Below, piece by piece: positions 13,021 to 24,000 of a DNA stretch of 64,000 bases. The stretch covers positions 62,001 to 126,000 of the forward strand of contig JAAOMT010000566.1 in NCBI GenBank assembly GCA_016748015.1. Direction: 5' to 3'. Numbering within the stretch: position 1 is the first letter of the stretch; each line of letters opens with the position of its first letter. The notes beneath the pieces are model-generated. The model had not been told where the DNA came from. It did no database searches and saw only the letters and a list, made by a program, of their open reading frames with translations. The translations under genes were made by a program, and so were the position numbers. Source of the DNA: Geosiphon pyriformis uo1 (lineage: Eukaryota > Fungi > Glomeromycota).

Positions 13021-13944
13021 TTAATAAATAAATAAATATTTCACCTATGTATGTATGCATGATGTTGAAAAGTTTGCAATATTCTGCCATAAAAAAAAGG
13101 CCTAAGAATTCTCTGAGTTCAGTTATATTTTGGAAACTTTGAAACTTTTTAACTTTCTTAAATTTTCAGGGTCTTATTTGATTTCATTCTTGCTAACTAT
13201 GTATCTGAAAAATGCCAAATTATTTTTTCCTAAATGGTATTTTTTATGTTTATTTTCAATTCCGTTTTTTGTGACCTTGTAAAATTTTTAATATTATTTA
13301 AACAAACAATAATTAACTTTCAAATGATTTTTATAAACCACACTAAAAAATTATTAATTAAAAAAAATTAAATTGAAGAAAGCATTTTTCTAAATTTTTT
13401 TGAATAAATTGATGGGTAATATATAATTATGTTTTTAATGGAAATAATATTAATTTATATAAGAAATCTTTCTATGAATTTAAAATTTTGGGTTTGACAA
13501 TTATTACAGCTTAATTTTTCACATTTAAATAAGTTAAAAAATCTGAAATTTTTATTAATGGTAAATAAATAGCTTAAATAACCTATATTTTAATTTTGTT
13601 TTTACTTGGAAATGTTTAAAATATTTATTTACGAAGGGTGGCCGTAAGTTACGAAACAATCAAAAACTTTTTATTTTAATAAATTAAAAAACTTTCACTA
13701 ATAAACTATTTTAACACGTATTTTTATTAATATACGAATTTTTGGTTCACGTGCATTAAATATCACGAAATCAAGAATTTTCTTTTTTTTTTCCCAATAA
13801 ACCGTTCATTCGATTTCCCATTATGGTTGCGGTGGTTTAGCCAATGGCGTATTTATGGTAATCAAGGGATCATAGTTGATTTATATTTAGAAGATTTTCT
13901 TGATTCAAATGATCAGCTAACTGGATTTATATCTATTGTTTGAA

Positions 13945-14286
13945 ATTTTATAAAAAACTTGAATCAATAGCACTTTGCTACAGTATAACTAAATGAGTAT
14001 ATTTTTAAATTGGAGAGATACTTAATTATATGCGTATTTTGCGTTTTACCAGGATCTATCGAGCACCAACCTATTCTTTCTCATCATGAAAATTTCAAAA
14101 AAAGGCTAGTGCTTGGTCATTCTTGCGGCCTAAATGAAACCTTTTCGATAAAGGTACAAGCCATCTTTTTCAAGGTTGATTTCAATGGTAACCGCATGCT
14201 TAGCGAAAACTTTGTTACCATAGGAGACCTAAATGAAATACCGAGAAGATAAACAGTCATATTTAAATTGAATTTGTTTCAAAATT
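13945..14286 (+). repeat. Diverged duplicate of the KEP paralogue-2 upstream region (matches about 14510-14817)
   Basis: Shared text such as aatcaatagcactttgcta...gtgcttggtcattcttgcggcctaaatgaaaccttttcga...ttgaatttgtttcaaaatt; weaker match from about 13795/14396. Confidence 0.9.
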
Positions 14287-14306
14287 NNNNNNNNNNNNNN
14301 NNNNNN
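14287..14306. other. Assembly gap (20 N)
   Basis: Directly visible. Confidence 1.
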
Positions 14307-14844
14307 ACTTGTTTAGCCAAGCATCAGGTAGTAACCGTTTATAGTAATACGAAAGTTTTCTAATATTAGGGTAATCATATCTATTTTTGATGCTCCCAAT
14401 AAACCGTTCGTTCCGTTTCCTATTATAGTAATCAACTGAGCGCATAACTTTATGGACTTTCAAATGCTTTTATCAAATGAAGTTTTGATTAATCAAACCA
14501 ATATAATCTATTTATAAAAAACTTTAAATCAATAGCACTTTGCTATAGTATAACTAAATGAGTATATTTTTAAAATTGCGGAGAATATATAATTATGCAT
14601 TTTACCATCTATCATCATGAAAATTTAAAAAAAAAGGTTAGTGCTTGGTCATTCTTGCGGCCTAAATGAAACCTTTTCGACAAAGGTAAAGCCATCTTTT
14701 TCAAGGTTGATTTCAATGGTAACCGCAGGCTTAGCGAAAATTTTGTTACCATAGGATACCTAAATGAAATACCGAGAAGAAAAACAGTCATGTTTAAATT
14801 GAATTTGTTTCAAAATTAAACCGATCATGAGAATGGGAAAATGG

Positions 14845-14851
14845 TATAAAA
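14845..14851 (+). promoter_or_regulatory. TATA box of KEP paralogue 2
   Basis: TATAAAA about 110 bp upstream of ATG 14960, followed by a pyrimidine-rich initiator-like tract. Confidence 0.65.
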
Positions 14852-14959
14852 GAAGAGGTTCGCCTGCTCAATATCTCTTCATTCACACTCTAAAACATCT
14901 AAAAGAAATCTTTCTAATACATTTTTTTAAAAGCCTTAAAAACACTAAGATTGATTAAA

Positions 14960-15712
14960 ATGACTGGTAAAATTTTTATTACACAAATTTGCACAGCTAT
15001 TTTTCTCTTGTCTACATTTTCAACGTCTAGTGCAGCTGCATTAAATGCAAAGAGGGGTATCGGTAATCAGAACAACGGCCAGTTTTCCCATGGTACTATT
15101 AACGGAGGCTTCAACCATAATGGTGATAGATTAGGATATAATTCCAATGCAATTAGTAACCAGCAAAATGGTGATTTTTCGTCTGGGACAATTAATGGAG
15201 GTTTCAACGATAAGAGATCCATAGGTAACCAACAAAATGGTGACTTTTCGTCTGGGACAATTAATGGAGGTTTCAACAATAAGAGATCCATTGGTAACCA
15301 GCAAAATGGTCAGTTTTCGTCTGGTACAATTAATGGAGGTTTCAACGATAAGAGATCCATAGGTAACCAACAAAATGGTGACTTTTCGTCTGGGACAATT
15401 AATGGAGGTTTCAACAATAAGAGATCCATTGGTAACCAGCAAAATGGTCAGTTTTCGTCTGGTACTATTAACGGAGGTTTCAACAATAAGAGATCCATTG
15501 GTAACCAGCAAAATGGTCAGTTTTCGTCTGGTACAATTAACGGAGGTTTCAATGATAAAAGATCCATCGGTAATCAACAAAATGGTCAGTTTTCGTCTGG
15601 TACTATTAATGGAGGTTTCAACACTAAGAGATCCATCGGTAACCAGCAAAATGGTCACTTTTCCTCTGGTACTATTAACGGAGGCTTTAACGATAATAGT
15701 AATCTCTATTAG
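14960..15712 (+). CDS. Secreted Kex2-processed repeat protein (KEP) paralogue 2, 250 aa, intronless
   Basis: ATG at 14960 (the track's TTG start is 3 codons earlier). Signal-peptide-like MTGKIFITQICTAIFLLSTFSTSSA, then LNAKR; 8 KR sites; 9 repeat-like units (2 divergent, 6 exact KR-flanked 21-mers, 1 terminal). Confidence 0.95.
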   Translation: MTGKIFITQICTAIFLLSTFSTSSAAALNAKRGIGNQNNGQFSHGTINGGFNHNGDRLGYNSNAISNQQNGDFSSGTINGGFNDKRSIGNQQNGDFSSGTINGGFNNKRSIGNQQNGQFSSGTINGGFNDKRSIGNQQNGDFSSGTINGGFNNKRSIGNQQNGQFSSGTINGGFNNKRSIGNQQNGQFSSGTINGGFNDKRSIGNQQNGQFSSGTINGGFNTKRSIGNQQNGHFSSGTINGGFNDNSNLY

Positions 15713-16342
15713 GTATTATTGCGATGCATTCTATCTGATTAGTTTTTAAATAAAATATAGTTAATATAAGTTATGAAAATATCGAAATTAAATCTCAAAT
15801 AGATAAAAAATGCCTTTTATAAATAGTTTTGCTTTCAATTCTTATAATAGACTTCTATCATATTAGATTTTAAATTTTGCTATTTGAAACAAATGACGTT
15901 ATTTTTTTGGGGTTTAAAAATTTTCAATCAGTTGCAAATTAAGATAAATAGTTTTTATTCTTAATAAAAATGCAATTTTAATGAAATTGTAATATCATTC
16001 TTAAATAAAAAATATAACTGATTTTTTATTTTTGATGTATTATTCTTAAGATTGGTTCCTTTAACTACATCTCATTCCATTCTTTTTTCTTATCGTCTCT
16101 CATATCATTACTGGAATTATAAAAATATAACTTGGTCTATCAAAATATTTTGCCTATATAATAAAAAAACAACTCAATATTAATTATTAAGCATTATTAA
16201 TATTGTATTTAAATTAAAAACTCTAATATAGTTGTTTTTAGTTAATTTTTCAAATGCCATAATAATAACCATATTTAATTTGCTTAATATTCAAAGCTCT
16301 ATAAATTATACTAAAAATATAAAGATTGAAACAATATTTATA

Positions 16343-17443
16343 GGGAATTGCTAAATCGACCCACCCGCAACACGAGATATTAATATATATAGAAATTCTA
16401 ATAAAATTAGTTTAATTAAAATAAAAAATAACTTTTTTCTATATAAAATTTAATATAGATTATATATTTAATTTTTTATTATGCCTTAAGTAATTTATAG
16501 TGTTTTATAATTAAAAAACACTTCGTTGTGGACAGGTCCGAATATTATGGCCTTGTTTTTTGCAAATTTTACATTTACGTACTTGAATTTGAGAAGAAAT
16601 ATTTTCAGCAATTTCAATTGGGATAAATTTCATTGAATAGATGATTCTTGATGAGCAATATTTTTTTTAGAGCGATTTAAAGCACCTAAAGAACATCCTC
16701 GAGTTCGTTGATTAAAAGGATTCTCAATTGCAAGAGATGTGGTTGAAATCTGATTTAATTGAGTCTATTTTTCGAAGATGTGTCTGTTCATTATAAAAAT
16801 TCTTTGAAATTGCATGTTTTTCAAGATCTTCCTGTCATAGTGCTGTTAAAATTGCCTTTGGTGCAATGCCTGCACTTAACATTTGTGAAACTAATACTTT
16901 CTGTTTGGATTTAAGTCATCGAGCAGTAGGATGTCTAGCAATATTATCAGATGGCTCATGATTATGTTCAGCATTGCGAACTGTTAAATGCCAGCATTTA
17001 TTAACTTTGAGTAATCGTTCATATACAGTAAAAGGGTAGTTTGTTAATAGAGTTGCTGTTTTTTATTGTCGACCTTCTAATACAAGTCTTTTAAAAACAT
17101 TATATTCATTTTCCTGATCACATTTGAAGATAATATGAGTATCATTGGCAGCAGAGCGTCATTTTGTAACTACATATCCTTGGGAGTATGTAAAGGTGTT
17201 AAGACTTTGTATCATCATCTCACAAGAGCTATATAATGTTTCTGGAGGTGGTAACATCATATGAATATAATCTGTAATTTTATAAAAAGATGTAATTATT
17301 TGTAAAATCAAAAGAAAACTTATTAATTTTATTCTAAAGTTCTTTGATTATAAACTTGTTAATATGTTCCTATATATAGTTGAATACGAAACTATGACGT
17401 AAATGATATCACATGTTGGGGGTGGGTCGATTTAGCAATTCCC
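16343..17443 (-). mobile_element. Defective Mutator-like (MULE) DNA transposon, 1.1 kb
   Basis: 38-bp TIRs (16343-16380 and 17406-17443, 35/38 match, GGGAATTGCTAAATCGACCCACCC...). 8-bp TSD TATTTATA (16335-16342, 17444-17451). Internal minus-strand stop-ridden frame from 17260: ..SQGYVVTK*RS..FKCD..YPF..WHLTVRNAEHNHEPS..HPTAR, the FAR1-type zinc-finger N-terminus of MULE transposases. No DDE core seen. Confidence 0.85.
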
Positions 17444-17699
17444 TATTTATATCTTCTATTATTTAAGTCTTAGTTAATAATATTTAGGGATTTTTAGCTG
17501 TTATGCTAGTTATCAAAAGTATTTTAATATTAAAACTTTTATTTATTGTATCCAAAAAATATTGGTGAAATTAATTATTACAATTTTTTATTTTATTATA
17601 AATAAAAAATAATTTTAAACTATTGTAATTTTAAATAGAAGTAATAAAATATGTTAATAATTAAATTATTAATTAAATTAATATTTAACTAAAATAATA

Positions 17700-18060
17700 A
17701 TAGGCGATAGGCTCGGGCATAGGAAAACAAAGCGGACCTGATATGGAGAAAATGAATATGACATTGGCAAAGGGTTTTGTATACAAAGAATGGCATATAG
17801 AGATTCGGGGACACCAAGGTGGCTGATACGAAAATCGTCGAGCTGGTAAGAAATTTCGTGCGCATGCATCGTGAGGAAATTTGGCTACCAACCGCCAAAA
17901 CAAGAGCCGATAAGGAAAACAACCGGAGAATGATGTGGAGGAAATAAGATTCAAAGGGCCACACTTAGGAAATGTGGTATGTGGCTGGGACATTTATGTG
18001 CCATGGGCGTGCGCAAACCGTTCCAAATGGTGACTAATATTAGTGCCGATTTCCGCGAAA
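17700..18060 (+). mobile_element. 3'-terminal fragment of a LINE ORF2 (different family from 49-55.8 kb)
   Basis: Translates (one frameshift) to LAKGFVYKEW / KIVELVRNFVRMHREEIWLPTAKTRA, aligning with LCKGFVFDE* / RIVSFVRGFCLAFRDNVWLVRARHRA of the large LINE. Confidence 0.7.
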
Positions 18061-18061
18061 A

Positions 18062-21000
18062 ATTAGTTATAAGAAACAAAAATGTTATTTGTTATAACCA
18101 AAACAATTAGAACAAATAAATTTAGAAAATTTAGATCTATTCCAACAGATATAAATTAAATTGTTGTTTAACAATTTTGCAAATATTTTTGCAAGTAAGA
18201 ATAAATTTGAGAGAATTGATATTATTTAATATTAAATAAAAACCAAAGATACTATATTAATTAAATAAAAAACATACAAAGTTTTAATTATTAGCTATAA
18301 AATTATTTGCCAAGAAATCAATTAAATGTTAAGCAATAGATTAATTTAATTATTTATAAGTCTATAGTTATTATTAATATTACTTGTTAAGAAAAAAAAA
18401 TAGAAAAATCTGTTTTTGTATAGACTATAGAAAGCTTAACAGTATTATTTGTAATAACAGTTATTTAATTTCACATATTCAGAAATTGTTTAATGCTTTC
18501 AAAAAAAATGGTTTTTAATATTGAATTTAGATAGTAGTTATTAGTATGTAGTCATAAATTCAAATAACAAGAAAAAAATGACATTTATCACAAAAGAAAA
18601 AAATTTTGAATTTAATATTATGTCTTTTAACTTAATCAATACACCAATCATATTCTAATAACTAATGAAAACTATTTATACAAAAATATTGTAGAAATTA
18701 ATAGTTGTATATTTAAATAACACAAATATATTTTTTAAAACATTTGATAATTATTTTTATTATCTTTAATAAGTATTTAAAAAGTTGAAAAGAGTCAAAT
18801 TAAAATTAAATATTATCAAGTGCTTCTTTAAAAAAACAGAGCTTAAGTTTTTGAAACATATTATTAGTAAAAACAATATCAAAACAGATTCAGACAAAAT
18901 TAAGAAAGTTAAAGATTTTTCAGTACCAATAAATTTTACAGAACTAAAAACATTCTGGAATTTGCTAAATATTACTGCCATTTTATTCACTATTTCTTTA
19001 AATTGACTTAACTATTGCACTAGCTTTAAGCAAAAACACAAAATATAAATGAACTGAACAATAACAAGTAGTTTTTAATACACTAAGAAAAAAGCTTGTT
19101 CAAGCTTTAATATTAATTTATCCAGATTATAGTAAATTATTTATAATTACAATAAATATATTAAACCAAATATTAAAAACAGTTTTATCTCAATAAAAAT
19201 TCAATAAATAAGAATATTTAGTGATATATGTTAGCTAAAACTTGAGTTTAATATTACTACAAATTTTTTTACTCTTTTTTTAATATTGTTAATACTATTA
19301 TGCTATTAATTTTGTTGTTAATAGAAGTTAGTAAATTTTTAATAAGCTAATTTTTTTTAAAATATTTTTTTATATTTTAAACTATATATGTTGTTGAATT
19401 TATAATAAAAAAGTCAATTCTGTACTAATTATATGTATATTTATTTTGTAGTAAAAATTGACTCTTTTACAGAAAAATTTTATCTGTAAGCTTTTTAAAA
19501 TATGTGTAATTACTTTGCTATAAAAGTTAATTTTTTTACAGAAAATCTTAATTGTAAATAACTTAATAATATAAAAAAAAATAAAAAAAAAATAAAAAAA
19601 TAAAAAAATATGTTAAGAAAGTTATTAACAGTAATTAAAATTAATAGCTAATCAATTTCAAATTTTTAGTATAAAATAAGTTTTATTAAAATTGATTTAT
19701 AAAAAAAATATTTTTTTGAAAAAAAAGCTCTTTTTTTATACACTTTATTGTAATATTTTTCTAATATTTTGGTAAATTAAAAATATTTTTTGTCAAATTA
19801 CAAGTTATTTTTACAAACTATAAATTATTTTGATAATCTGTTAAATATTTTGTCAAATTATTAAATATTTTAGCAAATTTTAAATGTTATATAGTTTAGC
19901 ATATTATATAATCTGATTATTGCAATTTGATTATATTTGTGTTTTATACAAATTGAGTTATTAATTAAATAATAATTTGGATAATTTGATAAGATAATAA
20001 GTAATAAATTAAAATAATAATATATATTAATTAATAATAAAAGTTATAAAGATAATTTTTTTTTAAATAATATCTCAAATTTCGACTAATAATATAACTT
20101 TTTCTCAAAACTAAGCTCTGTTAAAGTCCAAATACTGTCTGTAATTTCCAAATAGTAGTTCAAAATTATTGAGAAATTTGGTCTAAAAATTGTTAAAATT
20201 TCAGTTCTATAAACTTTTTAATATATTAAATCTTTAAAAGTTATAAAATTGGGTTTTATAAAATGTTTTTACAAGTATAAAATAGATTATAGAGTCTAAA
20301 AGCTGTTTTAAGTTTGTAATAAATATTTGTTGATTTGACTGTTGTTTTAAATAACTTCAGTAGTAAAATTTACTGTTTTAAGCCCTAGTTTTTTTTCATA
20401 AAGTGTTTTTTAAATATAAAAATATTTATAAATTAAAGAATATTTGTTGTTTTGTTTATTAAAACACTATTAAAGTTTTTGTTGAATTGTGGCATTTAGC
20501 ATAATATCAATAAGTATAAACATTAAATTTTCTCTTAAAACTTGCTTTAAAAGTTTTGATAAGTAAATTTCAAAATAACTTTTTGTGTTTCTTCTATAAA
20601 AGTAGTAATTTTGTAAATTTGTGGTTAAAGATATAATTAATTCTGTTTAAGTGTAATTAATATATTTTTTGTAATTATTATAGATAATTTAAGTAGTATT
20701 TTTAAGACTAATATTAATTTTGGAATAATTGTTGAATGTTTTAAAGAATAATCATAATTACTAATAAAATTATTAATAAATAAACTATTTTTGTTATGTA
20801 AGATTTTTATGTTATTTTTGTTTTGTTTTTTGTGCAGTTTTTGTGCAGTTTTTGTAAAATTGTTTCTAAAATATAAAAAAATAACTATAAAAAAAATTTA
20901 AATTTAAATATTTAGGTTTAGAAGTTGTTCAATAATAATTATTAATTTTAAGTTTTAAGAAATATCTTTAGAAATAACCAAAAAAAATTGTGTATCAATT

Positions 21001-24000
21001 TGTGAAATAAGAGATTCAAAATTAATTCTAAAATAATAGTATTTTAGTTTATTATCATATACAACTTTTTTTAAAATCTTATTATCAAGTTTTAACTTGT
21101 ATAATCTATTTTTTAAAATTTTGTATATATAAAATAGTTTATTCTATTTATGATTAAATTTTTTATTTTATTGTTTTTTAATCTTAATTTTATGTAAGAA
21201 ATTTTTATTTTTAACTTTAAATTTATTAATAATTATTAACAATTTATTGTTATGTTATTTTTTTTGTTGAATTTAAAAGTGTTTTATATAAGTGGTTGTA
21301 ATTTGTTATTTTGCTTCTATATATTAAGAAATGAATAAGCTTTTTTTTATAGTGTTTTTTAAAAGTTGTTTTTAATAATTTGTTGAATTAAATAAAATTT
21401 TACTGTAAAATTAATTAGTAATATTGCTGTTTTTTTATAAATTAAATTAAATAACATGTGTTTTATTGTATTTTGTTTTAATATTTTATATATTAATAAT
21501 ACTAATAGAATAAAAAGATTTTATTTTTGCTTAAAATTTGTTAAAACTTTGGCTAATAATTTACAAAGTATTTTATTAAAATATTTTACAAGCTTACAAA
21601 TAATGTTTTTATAAATAAAATTTGCAACTAATTTTGTATTTACTTATTGAATTATTCTTATTTTAAATCATTTAGTAAAATAATTTACTGCAATTGCAAT
21701 ATATTGGTTTTTATAAGTTGTAATAAATAGTGGTCCAATTAAATTGATATTAACTTAATTGAAGGATTATCTAACTTTAATTAGATTTAAAAATTTTATA
21801 GAACATATTTCTTTTTTTTTAATATTTATCACAAAATTTAACATATTTATAAATATTTTTTTTTATTTAGGACCAAAAATAGTGTTTTAATATTTTTTGG
21901 ATTGTACTATCTCTTTTAAAATATGCTAATAAAGGATTTGAAAACATATTATATAGAATTATTTTTTTTTATGTTTTTAAATTATTCTAAGTAAATTGTT
22001 TAGATTTTTATAATTTCAATAATAAATAATATTATTGTATATAAAATATTATTTTATTTAATATTATAGTCAATATGTTTTATTTAAAGACTAATTTTCT
22101 GGTATTATAAGTGTTTTCAAGTATTATTTAAGATTGTTATAGTTTTTAAGATCTATTTTTTGTTGTTTATTGCTGTTAATTAGATTTAAAATACAGATTA
22201 AAATGATAAAAAACCCAAATTACTGTTGTTGTTTCTAGTTTAATAGCAAAATAATTTTTTCTGCTAATTTTAGTGTTCTACTAATATAAGTATTTACTTG
22301 TTTATTGCTATTATTATTTAATTAAAATCAGAATAACACCAAAAATAATATATAAAAGCATTTATAATTAATTAAAATCTTTTGCTAAAGTCTAAATAGA
22401 TAAAAATTAGGACTGTTGTAAGCTTTTTCTTAAGAATTTTAAAAGTTTTTTGTTATTTTTTGTTTATTTGTATTCAATATTTTTGTTGGTTGGATAATTA
22501 AATAATTTTGTAATTTTTGATAATAAAATACTAATTCAGTAAATTTTTTAGTTTTATGGTATTTTATAAGACTTTGAAGTTTTTAACAATACTAATTTTT
22601 TTTGAATCAAGTTTAGCTCTTTTTTTACTAATAATATGATTTAGGAAAACCAAGCTGGTCTTTTTAAAATGACATTTTTTAATGTTTAATTTAAATTTTG
22701 CTTTTTGTAATTATTAAAAAACTTTTTGTAAATAAACCAAGTAAGTTTTAAATAATAATAAATAAATATTAATATTATTTAGATAAACAACTATTAACTT
22801 TTAAAAAATTTCAACATAAACAATATCCATAAGTTTTTAGAATGTTGTTAATATATTACATAATTCAAATAGCATTATAATAAACTTATTATTTTTTTTT
22901 AAGTGGTAAAAGCTGTTTTAAAGTAATCTTTAAGGTCTATAACAATTTGTTAATATTTATTTTCTAAATTTAATATTGAAAAGTATTTAATATGTTGTCA
23001 ATTTAGAATAAAAAATAAACATTTTTAATTATAATATTATTTAGTTAGTAATAGTCAACACAAAAGCAGATTTTTCTGTTTTTTTGATAAAAACTACTGG
23101 TAAAACTTAAAGACTTATTAATAATTAAATAAGTTTATTGTTAAATATACATTAAATTTTTTCGTAAATAAATAAATAAATATCTTTCAATAAAACTTGA
23201 TAGACTTGTTGCTATTTGGTTTTGTATCTTTTATATAAATTTGATGTTAAATTAGATTAGTTTTTTCCAAATTATTGTTGTTTTTAATAAATATATTTAC
23301 ATGTTTTATAATTAATTTTTTAAGTTGCTTTTATTGTTGTGACTCTAATTGTTTTATATTATTTCAAAATAATTTCTTAATTACAACATAATAGTTTTTA
23401 ATAATAAAGTTTGAATTAAATATTAAGAAAGAATATCTAATTATTTTTGTAAAATTTAAAACTATTTGTGACAGTTCTTGTTAAAAATTATTACTATAAA
23501 TAATTCCAATTTTTAAATAATTATCTAATATAATAGAGTAATTATTAAGATTGTAAAAAATAATATTGAATTTTTTATTCAACTTAAACATTTGTTAAAT
23601 AATATTAAGTATTAAGTAAATATATGCTTTACAAACTTTTTTAAAAAATAAAATAATAATAGTTTTTGGTAATTTGAAAATCTGATAAGATTGATTTTAT
23701 ACATAGAAAACTATATTTACTAAAATAATAAATTGTTTAATTGATCTAAAATCTTGAGTTTTTTTTTTACTTTTGCCAAGTTTTTTTTAATTTATAACTA
23801 ATTGCAAATCCAAAATGTTGATTAAAAGTAAATAGATAGCTTAAGCATTTTTTTTAGCATGTTTAATTATAAAAATGTTTTTAGTGTATTCTGTATTAAT
23901 AATTTCTTTTTTAATATTAATTTTTTTCTTGTTAATATAATTAAAAAGCAATTTGTATAATTGCTTTTGGGAGAATTTCGAAAACAATTTTAAGATTGAT

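Noticed and set aside
14960-15712. Dikaritin (ustiloxin/asperipin-type) RiPP cluster or alpha-factor pheromone
   Set aside because: No DUF3328 or tailoring genes visible, no Tyr in the core, no Ste13 dipeptide spacers. Tailoring genes outside the window cannot be excluded.
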